DNA of 64,000 nucleotides from Octopus sinensis (Eukaryota). The stretch spans positions 49,600,001 through 49,664,000 of the forward strand of contig NC_042999.1 of the NCBI RefSeq assembly GCF_006345805.1. The letters run 5' to 3'. The notes below the pieces were generated by a model, which ran no database searches, was not told where the DNA came from, and saw only the letters and a list, made by a program, of their open reading frames with translations. Position 1 is the first letter of the stretch. Each line of letters begins with the position of its first letter. A program made the translations under genes and the position numbers. Shown piece after piece: positions 25,502 to 38,003 of this stretch.

Positions 25502-26372
25502 AATTCACTTAGATGTGTGTATGCTCACGCAGATACACACGCATATGCATATACATATATGTATATATGCTTATAAACTCTCATAGGCATACATATTAAC
25601 AGATACGGACACCATTCGAGTATCTCTCATTCTATCTCCCTTCATACATACATACATATATGTGTCTATGTCTGTGTGCGCGAGAGAGACAGAGAGAGAG
25701 AGAGAAGACAGTTTGATGGTGACAAGTAAGCTGCAACTTCGAAGTTACTACCAACTCTTTCTTTGTAAGAATAAATAAATAGGGTACATATGGTATTTTA
25801 CTGAAAAAAAACAGACAGGCAGACAGGCGTACAGACAGACAGGTAGACAGACATAGATAGATAGGATGTACCATAGCGTAACTAGTCGTCACGGTGATGG
25901 ACTCACGACAGAAAATTCGAGGTTTCGATTCAAAGAACTCGTTGTATACTGTATTCTTGAACAAGAGACTTCATTTCACTTTGATCTACGTGATCGCCAC
26001 ATAAATTTACATTATACCATCGTTATTGCTGTTGTTCTGATGTTTAATTTTCTCCAACCAAATATAATTCTTCTGAACCATTCAAATTATAAGGCGTTTG
26101 AAAGCAGCGAACTGGCAGAATTGTACCACGCCAGATAAAAGACTTAGCAGTATTTCGCCTATCTTTTATGTTCTGTGTTCGAATTCCGCCGGGACTGACT
26201 TTATATTTCATCGTTTCGGGGTTGATAAAATAAGTACCAGTTGAATACTGAGATCTATGTAATCGATTTACTCCCTTCTTCGAATTTGCTGACCTTATAC
26301 CAAAAATTTGAAATTATATAAAGCGTTTGAAGGAAGCGAGCCGGCAGAATCGTTGCCATGCTGGACAAATTA

Positions 26373-26940
26373 TTGGGTTGTCCGGAAAGTTCGTGCCGAT
26401 TTATAGTAGTTTACCTTTCGACTTATTTTAGAACATGGTTGAGTCCATGAAATATGATTTCGACTACACTTCCATTTAGAGCACATTTTAAGCTATCTTT
26501 CTGTGAAAGAAGATTTATGTTCCTTATAACCCGTGATAATTCTGTAACCCTTTAAAGTGGAAGATAAGAAAGTTCATTTTCGGCACTTGGTGCTTTGGGA
26601 ACCAGACAAAAATTGCTGCTGCCCGGCTGGGATGTGTTACCCCACCCTCAGTATTCACCAAATATTGCTCCTCGGATTTCCACTTATTCAGGTCTCTGCA
26701 GAATAGTCTTAATGGTAAAAATTTCAATTCCTTGGATGGCGTAAAAAGATATCTTGATGAATTCTTTGCCATGAAACCACCTCAATTCTGGGAAGAGGGT
26801 ATTTTCAAGTTACAGGAAAGATGGAGACGCATTGTGCAACAAAATGGTTCATATTTGGTTGATTAAAAATGTAATAGCAAGTATTTATTGAACTTTTTCT
26901 TTCCTTTAAAAATTTGGCACAAACCTTCCGGACAACCCAA
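26373..26940 (+). mobile_element. Mariner internal-deletion element nested in a family A SINE
   Basis: TA-TTGGGTTGTCCGGAAAG...CCTTCCGGACAACCCAA-TA; transposase start (EDKKVHFRHL) fused to the C-terminus (...DFHLFRSLQNSLNGKNF...RWRRIVQQNGSYLVD*); SINE sequence continues on both sides. Confidence 0.92.
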
Positions 26941-27207
26941 TACTTATCGGTATTTCGTCTATCTTTTACATTCTAAGTTCCAATTCCGTTCAGGTTAACT
27001 TTACCTTTCTTCCTTTCACAATTGATAAAATAAGTATCAGTCGATGAAACTGACTAGCCGTCGACTCCAGAATTTTAGGTTTTGTGCATATAGTAGAAAA
27101 GATCATCATAAAAGCCGTTCCTGTCGTGACCATGCCGCTCTATTATTACAAAGAACATTACCTCTACAACTACATGATCTAACATGTGTTTTTATTTATT
27201 TATGTGC

Positions 27208-27508
27208 CCTTTTCATGCCTAGCCAGGCTTATGGGCCCGGTTTTCCCGGTTTCTGTGGCGTATGTGCTCCCCCCAGCTGGACGGGACGCCAGTCCATCGC
27301 AGCGTTACCCAAGAAACAGGAAGAAAGAGTGAGAGAAAGTTGGGGCGAAATAGTACAACAGGGGTCGCCACCACCCACTGCCGGAGCCTCGTGGAGCTTT
27401 AGGTGTTTTCGCTCAATAAACATACACAACTCCCGGTCTGGGAATCGAAACCGCGATCCTCTGACCGTGAGTCCGCTGCCCTAACCACTGGGCCATTGCG
27501 CCTCCACA
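27208..27508 (-). mobile_element. SINE family C (tail C2)
   Basis: tRNA-like head GGCGCAATGGCCCAGTGGTTAGGG...GGTTTCGATTCC; homologue at 63088-63390. Confidence 0.85.
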
Positions 27509-27519
27509 AAATAATAAAT

Positions 27520-27760
27520 GCGCCTTTTAAAGTCTAGTCAGGCTCATGGGCCCAGTTTCCCAGTTTCCATTGCGTATGTGTTCCCCAGGGACGCCAATCC
27601 ATCGCAGCGTCACTCATTGTTGCCAGCTCAGTGGACTGGAGCAACGTGAAATGAAGTGTTTTGCTCAAGAGCACAACGCGTCGCTCGGTCCAGGAATCGA
27701 AGCTACAATCTTACGATCGTGATGCTGACACCCTAACCACTAAGCCACGCGCTTCCACTA
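27520..27760 (-). mobile_element. SINE family C (tail C3)
   Basis: Homologous to 40004-40248 and 49340-49560. Confidence 0.85.
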
Positions 27761-28312
27761 TCTAACATGTAGCGCGCTTCAACTGCTTTTTATTTCTTTA
27801 TTAATAGGTTATAGAACGGACGGGTTGTAATTTAGGCGTTATTTTCTCGCGGGTAGAAAATTATGTAATACATTTCCTCTTTGACTCGAATATTGCATAA
27901 ACGGTGCAGTTGGCTGTACATCAGTCTAAGAATCACGATACGTCTTTCTACTCAATATGCACATTTTTGATGAGTGCATTCATAAAACAAAAAAGAAATA
28001 ATAAAATGTAATTCAAATATAATTTCAAACACTCCAGACGTTATAAACGATGTTCATCAGTAATTATAATCGCGAGAATCTAGTGTAATTCGATTTTCAA
28101 AATGAATCTTAAAAATTAAAATTCCATGACTTTGTCTGTATGTTTTGTGTTGTTTTAGATTTTTTTTTTCATGAATTATTTCATTTCATCAATTTTCTGA
28201 AGTTTATTGATGTAATTCATGTTCTCTGCACTACATGACAACGCTCTCATCCTTCCCCTATACACTGTCAGTGTAATATATATATATACGTACATACATA
28301 TATATGTATGTA

Positions 28313-28370
<58 letters not shown>

Positions 28371-28400
28371 GTATGTGTGTATGTATGTATATGTATATAT

Positions 28401-28444
<44 letters not shown>

Positions 28445-28612
28445 TACGTACATACATACGCACATTTATATATAAGTATAGACACACATATTCGTGGGTA
28501 TGTCTGCGTATGTACATGTAAATGTGTGTGTGTGTCTGTGAGTTTGTTTGTATCTGTGTGTATGTATGTATGCATATACATATACATATATACATATATA
28601 CATATACATATG

Positions 28613-28680
<68 letters not shown>

Positions 28681-29219
28681 CCGCATAAGCACACATATAC
28701 ACACACTCATACTCACACACACACACACGTGTGTGTGTGTGTGCCTGTTTTTTCAGTTTGTATGTGTATGAGTATTTATGTATATGTATGTATGTTTATA
28801 TATATATATATACATAAATGTATATCACACTTTCCTATGATTACTTACTGTGATTACTTTTTGAATTTACGCAGGTATGTGTTTGATGCTTTATCTGACT
28901 TCTTGTCTCTTTCCATCTGAGCATATGTCTAAACAGATGACATATACGTGTGAACCAAAAGTACGTGGATATTACATATGTGTGCGCATCTGTGCGGGTT
29001 TGTATGTGTATGTCTATGTGTCTCTCCCTGTGTGTGTGTGGCCTAGAATCATTTCTCCATCTATTTCATATATATATATAAACGTGTGTGTGTGTGTGTG
29101 TGTCTGTGTTGAGGCTATTTACTTATATGTATATATTTTATGTATCAAATCAACTTGTATTACTCCAAATTCACACGCTGAAATCAAATGCGGTCACATT
29201 ATCCATAGGTGTGTGTGGT

Positions 29220-29274
<55 letters not shown>

Positions 29275-29354
29275 ACTTATATATGTGCGTATGAATGAAT
29301 GAACTTTTCTCTGCAACCGAGAAACAAGCGTGGTCAGTACATTAACGATTACAG

Positions 29355-29388
<34 letters not shown>

Positions 29389-29509
29389 ACACACATCACG
29401 ATAACTATACGGATAAAAGGATAGATAAACTGCTAAATGGACAAACATTGCAAGACGAAGGCTCATGTACTGGATCCTTATACAGAGATTTGCTAACCAA
29501 GTACATAGG

Positions 29510-30272
29510 CGCGGGAGTGGCTGTGTGGCAAGTAGCTTGCTTACCAACCACATGGTTCCGGGTTTAGTCCCACTGACTAGCATCTTGTGCAAGTGTCTTC
29601 TACTATAGCCTCGGTCTGACCAAAACCTTGTGAGTGGATTCGGTAGACGGAATCTCAAAGAAGCCCGTCGTATATATGTATATGTTTGTGTGTCTGTGTT
29701 TGTACCCCACCCCTAACATGACTTAGTTAAGTTAGTTAAGTTAAGTTAATTTTTTGGCTCAAAAAGCAAAAAGCAAGGCCATGTAGGGGGACATGGAGTT
29801 ATGTACAGGGAGAGTGTTCAGGCAAAGAGTTCAGGCCATTTCTGGTCATGAGAGACTTTGAACCGAGCGGTCGTCGGCATCTTCACTATCTCGTCCGGCA
29901 GCTTATTCCACGGTCCGCAACCCGGACGGAGAAATCCCCTCTCCTTCGATTGAGACGAAATCGTCGCAAATAGAGCTTTTCGGAGTGACCCCGCAGCCTA
30001 CGCTCTGGAGCAGGAGTGAAAAACAGCTCTTTCGAGAGGTTACACTTTCCGCTTATGATGTTGTGAGCAAGAATGAGATCACCACGGCGTCGTCGTTGAC
30101 AATCGATGCTGGTGTGTTTACGTCCCCGTAACTTACCTGTTCGGCAAAAGAAACCGATAGAATAAGTATTAGATTTACAAAGAATAAGTCCAGGGGTCGA
30201 TTTGCTCGACTGAAGGTGGTGCTCCAGCATGGCTAGAGTCAAATGACTGAAACAAGTAAATGAGTAAAAGAG
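29510..30272 (+). mobile_element. SINE family B interrupted by a LINE fragment
   Basis: 5' part to ~29721 and 3' part from ~30099. Confidence 0.85.
29722..30098 (-). mobile_element. 5'-truncated CR1/L2-type LINE 3' end
   Basis: RRRRGDLILAHNIISGKCNL..FF..RRLRGHSEKL..RRF RLNRRRGDFSVRV, a typical CR1 ORF2 C-terminus; short TTAAC-type repeat tail. Confidence 0.8.
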
Positions 30273-30467
30273 CATACGATATTCTTTTATCTTTTACCTT
30301 TTTTATTCTTATCAGCCATTTGACTGCGGTCACCTTGGGACAATAGTTTGAAGTGTTTAGTCTAACAAATCTGCACCCAGTACTAACACCAGTTGTCACT
30401 CAGTGATGGGGAAACGCACATGCACAAACACACTCATACGTACATGCATACATACATACATACATGG

Positions 30468-31007
30468 TGGCTGCCCCCTCGTTATCGAGTATGGCCATTG
30501 CACGAAGCTTAATCAATGATGTTACCGCGCAATGCCTGTGCAAGAAGATTTTTTTTTAAAGTGAGGAAAGGCTGTGCACTAAGTCAATCCCACTCACTAA
30601 GCAACAGCAGCCATAATCCGAAAAGAAGAACAAGCCAACATTATCGGTAACCACTGAACCGCAGGTTTTATGTCGGAGATATCCTAGTTACCTGAGTTAT
30701 CTTCTCCTGGAAGGATGCCCTAACAAAGGCTAGGAGTCCTTCACTCCCAATGGTCTAACGGCGCGATCGGGTATTCAGTCCGATTATTTCTATGTACCCG
30801 CGCATGATACAGCCTTAAGATATTTTTGGATGGCCGTTGACTCTCAAGAGTTCCTCCGCCCTTTGACAGGTTTTGTTTTTCATCCCGCAGGGTGACCAAT
30901 AAACACCCTCCTCACCAAGCAAGCTTGGTGGGGTTGCCGGTTTAGTCGCCGACGACCCGACCATGCAACAGGTTGTACTGGGTTACATGTTACCAGTAGC
31001 ACTCGAC
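30468..31007 (-). mobile_element. Non-autonomous bipartite RTE derivative
   Basis: Last 45 bp (30468-30512) match the RTE 3' end at ~22899-22943 and 31052-31096; the remainder is non-coding and resembles an RTE 5' UTR; (TATG)n on both sides. Confidence 0.7.
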
Positions 31008-31051
31008 ATACATACATACATACATACATACATACATACATACATGCATTA

Positions 31052-31285
31052 TGGCTGCCCCCTCGTTATCGAGTATGGCCATTGCACGAAGCTTAACTGT
31101 TACTGGTGCTGTGATCGAATGTGACTTTTTAGCCCAGCTAAAGATCTACAATATCTTGTACAAAATTGGCAACTAAGACCTTTACCGGTAATAGCCGGCT
31201 GTAGTTGTAACTGGGCTTCATGTACCTTTGCATGTCGTTTCAGTCCTGCCGAATTACACCCTCTTCCACATGCCCGGCAGATATG
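31052..31285 (-). mobile_element. 5'-truncated RTE-type LINE 3' end (two zinc fingers)
   Basis: Nearly identical to 22710-22943. Confidence 0.85.
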
Positions 31286-31315
31286 TATGTATGTAAAAAT
31301 GTGTATGTTCGCCTT

Positions 31316-31347
<32 letters not shown>

Positions 31348-31615
31348 CATACATACATACATACATACACCAATCTTGAGAAATTAAGCTTCTCAAAACC
31401 AGGAGGGAGGAAGCTGGTTCGGATACTACAGATCCAAGCCATCACTGGAACTGTAAAAGTCTGTAAAACTTTCCAGAAATTTATCATTTAAGTATATATG
31501 AGCATGTCTAGATATGCAAGTATACGTATGAGAAAACATACATGAAACAAAACATACAAATCTACACCTATACCTACAAACATACGAACATGCATACACA
31601 CATACAAACATACAT

Positions 31616-31830
31616 AGGTCTGATCAATAAGTATCCGGACTGTTGCCATAGTAATGAAGCTAAATCACGCAGAGTTAAGTCGCTTGGCAAAGCCTGACCT
31701 TAAACTCTGCCGTACACGCACTTTAAGTTTTAACGTTCTAGCTCACATTAAGTTTTAACGTTTTATTTCACACGCTTCACACGTTCCTTCCAAGCAATGC
31801 TGTAAACAGCGGAAGTTTTCAGGTGAGTAA
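31616..31830 (+). mobile_element. Mariner-like left-end fragment
   Basis: Homologous to 21153-21330. Confidence 0.6.
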
Positions 31831-32589
31831 CTATTAACCTGTTCTTCACTCATTTTTGTGGGTGCCCTAGAATGATGCTAAACAACAAGATGAACAGAGG
31901 CTATACGACGCAGGTTCGCTTTCCAGTAGAGCCGAGTTTCATAACACCATATTTTCGTATGCACGATTTTACGGTTGTATTTAACAACACCCGGATAAGA
32001 ACGAGATTCATTCTAACAGACTTTCAATCCATATGACACAAAGAATAAATCTTCGGTTGTGATTACTCCACACATTAAACGAAATAGGATATTTTCATTC
32101 CATTTGCAACTCTATAATGACATTACTGTTTATTGTAATTTCACAGTGTCTTCTCACAGCTAATTACGATGCTAATTAGAATGTAAATATTCATTACGTT
32201 CGGATGTGGGTAGGTGGGGGTTTACGTGTGTGTAGGCGGGTGCGGCATGGAGTTCGTGCGTGCATGTGTATGCGTGTGTGTATATGTGTGTGTATGTATG
32301 TGTATGTTTGTGTGTGTGTGTGTGTGTATTTAACGGCGTGAGATTAAATTCTTTTGGAGTATTTCAAAGAAATATTTACTGCATTTAAATTAATTTTTAA
32401 ATATTCATTGAATTGGGTGCTGATTTGGAAATTGATGGGAAAATATTTATCAAGTTGTTGTGTTTCCCAACATCGCATGGGAAATGAATTATTCTTAGTA
32501 ACCATATGGAAATAAGATCAAGTCGTAGTGGTTGATGGTGCACGTTTAATCATGGCTGCCCTTCTGCTTAATGAACGTTACTTGACATG

Positions 32590-32786
32590 TTGTAGCGCTC
32601 ATACATGCTGTCTGTCTGTCTGTCGTCTCCCCCCTCTCTCTCACACACACATACACATCTATACTACACATCTACACCCCACCCCGCAAACATATACACA
32701 CATATCAACGTACACAATTCACACACACAAAAACACACTTACAAGACCCTAGCGCTCATACATGCTATCTATCTGTTCTGTCACTT

Positions 32787-32824
<38 letters not shown>

Positions 32825-32972
32825 TCTCTCTCACACACACACACACATCTACACACACACCCGCAAACATATACACACATACCAACGTACACAATTCACA
32901 CACACAAAAACACACTTACATACACGTCCCTAGCACTCATACATGCTATCTGTCTGTCTGTCTGTCTCTCTG

Positions 32973-33004
<32 letters not shown>

Positions 33005-33090
33005 CTACACACACACCCGCAAACATATACACATATATCAACGTACACAATTCGCACACACAAAAACACACTTACATACAAGACCCTACA
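32590..33090. repeat. Tandem array of three ~155-180-bp units with embedded CT/CA microsatellites
   Basis: CCCGCAAACATATACACA(C/T)AT...CAACGTACACAATTC recurs at ~32683, ~32860 and ~33016. Confidence 0.85.
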
Positions 33091-34184
33091 CATACACGCC
33101 CATACACACACACATACAACTTTGATACAAACAAATACACACGCATACATTCACACATACACACGTCCATACAAACATAGACACATTCACATACAGACAC
33201 ACATACATACATACATACATACATACATGCTCACACTAAATGCCACACAAACCAAAACTGACTTACACATGCATACATGCGCGGCGCGCACATGAAGTCA
33301 GCACCCGGGTCGGATGCACCGATAAAGGAGACACTCGCCATTGTTGTAGTGTAGCCATAGCTGGGCCACGTTGATCTGACCCATATTCTCTATACAAACA
33401 GAAGCAAGGTGAAATCAAGCACAGTTCTGTTCAGAAACACAATGGAATACAACAATTCCATTAAACTAATAATCCATGGGACTTAAGAAGGACATTTTGT
33501 ACAGTCACTGTTAGAAATAGTATTCAAATCTTCCCGTGATCACACCTTAGCATCGTAAAAGAAAAATGAAGAACCGACTGGATAATGTGGCCCGAGATGA
33601 ACGAGGTGGATAATGAATGGAATATTTTGATCAAATCTAAATGCCCCACAAGAGGATTGATTCACAAGGCATTGATCGGATTTGGGTTGTAGCTAGTAAC
33701 ATTTTCCCATGGTGGTGCGCAATGAAACTTAACTAGAAATCACATGAATGGGAAGCGTACTTCTTGACCGACAACCGTGCGAACGCATGATTTCTTTTTT
33801 TTTTCTTTTCTTTTTCCTCTGTTTAATTAAGTGGGGGTGGTCAGCGCCCGTGACTCTTTATCATTTACTGGCGTTTTGTGACTATTGATTGAAAGAAGGG
33901 CGTTCTTTAGAGTAGAGACTTCGTTCAAATGCTTGCAACAGAATGAACTCTACTACTGAGACCCGTAGACCAACCATACAGCAGGAGAAAGTCTGGCTAT
34001 GGATTAAATCTTCTACTAAAGAGCTTCAACAACAGAGAACCGAAACATATATCGTAAAGGCATCTTGATACCTGTAACAACTATAAATTAAACAATGCAT
34101 GAGTTAAATCTCTTGGCAAACAAAGATCGCGATGTTGCTTCGTTCACAACTCCTTCTTTCTATAGCTTCTATATACTTTAAGAC

Positions 34185-34380
34185 TTTTTTTCTTTTACTT
34201 TTATTTGTTTCAGTCATTTGACTGCGGCCATGCTGGAGCACCGCCTTTAGTCGAGCAACTCGACCCCAGGACTTATTCTTTGTAAGCCTAGTACTTATTC
34301 TATCGGTCTCTTTTGCCGAACCGCTAAGTGACTGGGTCGTAAACACACCAGCATCGGTTGTCAAGCGATGTTGGGGATGA

Positions 34381-34460
<80 letters not shown>
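34185..34460 (-). mobile_element. SINE family B, 3' half (host of the 34460-35850 insertion)
   Basis: Ends in the internal CA/TA microsatellite; the 5' half resumes at 35850-36012. Confidence 0.85.
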
Positions 34461-34467
<7 letters not shown>

Positions 34468-34625
34468 TTGGCAGGGCTGGCCTGCTAGGTAGCCGGCCAG
34501 AATGCTAGAAAAAGATCATCAACGATCAAACTACAAGGGAAATTCTCTAGAGGAAGAATTCAGCGAACACCAGAACCAAATTTGGCGGGCAGGACATATG
34601 AAAAATTAAATAAAAAACAGACTTA

Positions 34626-34701
34626 AATGCATACCTCGGTTTCGGTCTTAACAAAAGAATTACTTGCATAATTCAAGTGTCCGTGACTTCTTCAGTACAT
34701 T
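34626..34701 (-). ncRNA. Type I hammerhead ribozyme (intact core)
   Basis: AAUGUA-CUGAAGA-A-GUC...GAC-C-GAAAC-CGAG-GUA^UGCAUU: 6-bp stem I, canonical CUGANGA and GAAA, GUA cleavage triplet; predicted cut between 34632 and 34631. Confidence 0.78.
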
Positions 34702-35171
34702 CGGTCCTCGAGATGCAAACTGAAAGACTAACCCCAGCTCTCTGTGTCAAGACAGACACGTGCTTAGTCTTACTGATTACATCGGGAATAAAATTTCAAA
34801 TGTCTTGGCTCTGGCGCGCTAAGAGACTCCTGAAGCGAAGGGCTGCAGTGAATAATTCACTGCGGGTAATGCTTACAACTAGGGAACGTATTTATTTAAA
34901 TATTTAAAAATTGAGGGAGATAAATTAATATTAATTTTAATATCAATTTAAAACCAGTAGTCCAGCATTCAAAAAATCTGAGGAGTCAGAGAAAATTCAA
35001 ATATATGTGTATATTGGCAGGGCTGGACTGCTAGGTAGCCGGCCAGAATGCTAGAAAAAGATCATCAACGATCAAACTACAAGGGAAATTCTCTAGAGGA
35101 AGAATTCAGCGAACACCAGAACCAAATTTGGCGGGCAGGACATATGAAAAATTAAATAAAAAACAGACTTA

Positions 35172-35248
35172 AATGCATACCTCGGTTTCGGTCTTAACAA
35201 AAGAATTACTTGCATTTATTCAAGTGTCCGTGACTTCTTCAGTACATT
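35172..35248 (-). ncRNA. Type I hammerhead ribozyme, second copy
   Basis: Same fold; the differences fall in a distal loop of stem II. Confidence 0.78.
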
Positions 35249-35371
35249 CGGTCCTCGAGATGCAAACCGCAAGACTAACCCCAGCTCTCTGTGTCAAGAC
35301 AGACACGTGCTTAGTCTTACTGATTACATCGGGAATAAAAATTTCAAATGTCTTGGCTCTGGCGCGCTATA

Positions 35372-35621
35372 TGGAAAATGGGAGACCCCCCCTCCCTGTG
35401 GGATAAAGTTAAAAAAATAGACAGAGAACACCACTGGAAAATACGAAAACTAAAAGAAGCAGCATATATGCTAGGACACAACAACCTCCTAAGCAGACCG
35501 AGTGCATATATGAGTAGCATATGGGAACCGGTATTAAGGAAGGATATGAGAATATTAGATTTATAATCCCTAAAATTCACTCCATAATTGCCAACGGGCA
35601 TGTGGCGTAGTGGTTAAGTGC
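35372..35621 (+). mobile_element. Penelope-like GIY-YIG endonuclease C-terminal fragment plus the start of a tRNA-like segment
   Basis: WKMGDPPSLWDKVKKIDREHHWKIRKLKEAAYML...SSIWEPVL resembles the Penelope endonuclease C-terminus; inverted near-identical copy at 36819-37066. Confidence 0.75.
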
Positions 35622-35645
35622 TCCCATTATATATATATATATTTA

Positions 35646-35707
35646 TTTCGGTCTTAACAAAAGAATTACTTGCATAATTCAAGTGTCCGTGACTTCTTCA
35701 GTACATT
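35646..35707 (-). ncRNA. Truncated third hammerhead copy
   Basis: Sequence stops at GACCGAAA and lacks stem III and the cleavage site. Confidence 0.65.
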
Positions 35708-35803
35708 CGGTCCTCGAGATGCAAACCGCAAGACTAACCCCAGCTCTCTGTGTCAAGACAGACACGTGCTTAGTCTTACTGATTACATCGGGAATAAACC
35801 CAT

Positions 35804-35849
<46 letters not shown>

Positions 35850-35852
<3 letters not shown>

Positions 35853-36012
35853 GACGAGCTTCTTTCAGTTTCCGTCTACCAAATCCACTCACAAGGTATT
35901 GGTCGGCCCGAGGCTATAGTAGAAGACACTTGCCCAAGGTGCCACGCAGTGGGACTGAACCCGGAACCATGTGGTTGGTAAACAAGCTACCTTAGCACAC
36001 AGTCACTCCTGC
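35850..36012 (-). mobile_element. SINE family B, 5' half
   Basis: Continuation of 34185-34460. Confidence 0.85.
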
Positions 36013-36610
36013 GCATAAAAGTTTTATTGTAAACAAAAAAAATTTTCATATTTTGACTACTCGTTATATGCAAAAGAAATGCAATTTTTTTTTTGTTTCC
36101 GCTATCCTTCCAAATTACTACTTACTATTCGCTATACAAAGGTGGCGAGCTGGCAGAACTGCAAGCGTATCGGATTTTTATGTTCTGAGTTCAAATTCCT
36201 TTGAGGTTGACATTGCCCTTCATTCCCATGTGGTCGATAAAGTAGGATCTAGTTGAGCACAGGGTCGATAGATTCTACTTACCCTAACTCCCCAAATTTC
36301 TGGCATTGTACCAAAATTTGAATCCAATATACATGCAATAGTTTTTGGTCCCCATCCAAACTATTACTATTATCTGTTTGCGTGTCGGCTCTTTACGTCC
36401 TGGGTTCAAATTCTGCCGAGGTTGATTTTGACTTTCACCCTTTCAGGGTCAATAAAATAACTCAGTTGAACACAGCGTTCGACAAAATTGATTTAACTCT
36501 TCCTTTAAATTTGTTGGCTTTGTGAGAAAATTTGAAACCATTGTTCCTCTACGCGGTGAGTTGGTGAAACCCTTATCTCATTGAGTAGAATGCTTTCCAG
36601 TGTTCGTCCT

Positions 36611-37066
36611 GTACATTATTTACAATTGACGGATATTTGTCCTCATCTTGTTTGTTGTTGATACAACGTTTCGGTTGATATTCCCTCCAGCCTTCATCAG
36701 GTTTCTCGGGAAATTTCGAACCTGGGTTCTCATTCCTAAGATATTTTTCAATGTTGCTGTTATTATTATTCAGGTCACTACTTGGAATCGAACTCGGATC
36801 TTGGGGCTAGTAGCCCGCGCACTTAACCACTACGCCACATGCCCGTTGGCAATTATGGAGTGAATTTTAGGGATTATAAATCTAATATTCTCATATCCTT
36901 CCTTAATACCGGTTCCCATATGCTACTCATATATGCACTCGTCTGCTTAGGAGGTTGTTGTGTCCTAGCATATATGCTGCTTCTTTTAGTTTTCGTATTT
37001 TCCAGTGGTGTTCTCTGTCTATTTTTTTAACTTCATCCCACAGGGAGGGGGGTCTCCCATTTTCCA
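36611..37066 (-). mobile_element. Penelope-derived element: GIY-YIG tail, tRNA-like segment and minimal hammerhead
   Basis: ORF end, then A-box TGGCGTAGTGG and B-box GAGTTCGATTCC (36773-36844), then the hammerhead motif. Confidence 0.7.
36661..36704 (-). ncRNA. Minimal (dimer-type) hammerhead, partly decayed
   Basis: AAAC-CUGAUGA-A-GGCUG...CAACC-GAAACGUU-GUAU; palindromic AACGUU stem III; one mismatch each in stems I and II. Confidence 0.6.
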
Positions 37067-38003
37067 ACGATTCCGCCAGCTCGCTGCATTAGCAGGAATT
37101 TGATAATGGTTTCAAATTTTGGCAGAAGGCCAGAAAATTTAGGAGAGGGTATAAGTCGATTTCATCGATTCCAATGTTTAACTAGTACTTATTTTATTGA
37201 AAAAAAAAAGAAAGAAAACAGAAAGTTAACCTCGGTGATATTTGAACTCAAAACGTAAAGTTGAGCAAAGTTCTGCTAAGCATTTTGCCCGGCGTACTAA
37301 CGATTCCGCCAGCCGGATCGCTCCTTTTGGGAATTGGATAATAAGAATAAAATTAGTTTATTAAATCGTTCTGATTTTTATGTTTCCCCATTCATTAGGC
37401 TCTATAATTTAAAGAACAGTGAAATGAAGAATATAAAAATTGAATTATTTTTTGAATTTGTCTTCCGTTATAAATATGTGTATATGTGATACGCGTGTCC
37501 GTGTGCGTGTGTGAGGCTGTGTGCAGGCGTATATATTCGCTAGAATTTATGTACTTTTGTGTGCTGCTGTGTGGGTCTAAATATACACGTGTTGGGTGTG
37601 ATAGCTGCATGCAACAACTATTTCCCTAATGATTTATTTTTCTGATGTTTGCTAATATTTGGAAAATAAACAATTTGGTATTGGTTCATAAATTTATTCT
37701 AAATTTGGAGCAGTGAGACGATTTACAATAGAATTATTTCAGTGAATCACATGATATTTTAGATTTTTTTTTTTTTTCTGTCCTTTCTTTATCTAGTTTT
37801 TCGAAATTAGGTTGTATGTATTTATATAGATATGTACGTGTGTGTGTGTATGCATACAATACACACGTACATACACCCTCTAATACGCATATCAACACAT
37901 AGAGATACGCACGCACCTGAATATATATACAGAGTGTCTGGGCTAAATTTGATGGTTTGTATATGATGTATCGCAGGTTCGAACGGCGTACCTTCGCCGA
38001 ACG

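Larger units (their letters stand above)
34460..35369 (-). mobile_element. Hammerhead-bearing direct-repeat element (two ~360-bp repeats, 546-bp period)
   Basis: 34460-34821 is almost identical to 35006-35369; ~185-bp unique spacer; third partial copy at 35646-35797. Confidence 0.8.

Noticed and set aside
32590-33090. CRISPR-like or coding repeat array
   Set aside because: Eukaryotic context; the units are whole duplications with microsatellites and no unique spacers.
34978-35000. Plus-strand CTGAGGA...GAAA in the 546-bp unit
   Set aside because: Only 6 nt separate the motifs, so stem II cannot form.
36773-36844. Functional tRNA gene
   Set aside because: The acceptor stem does not close and it is embedded in a Penelope-derived repeat; treated as a tRNA-derived promoter segment.
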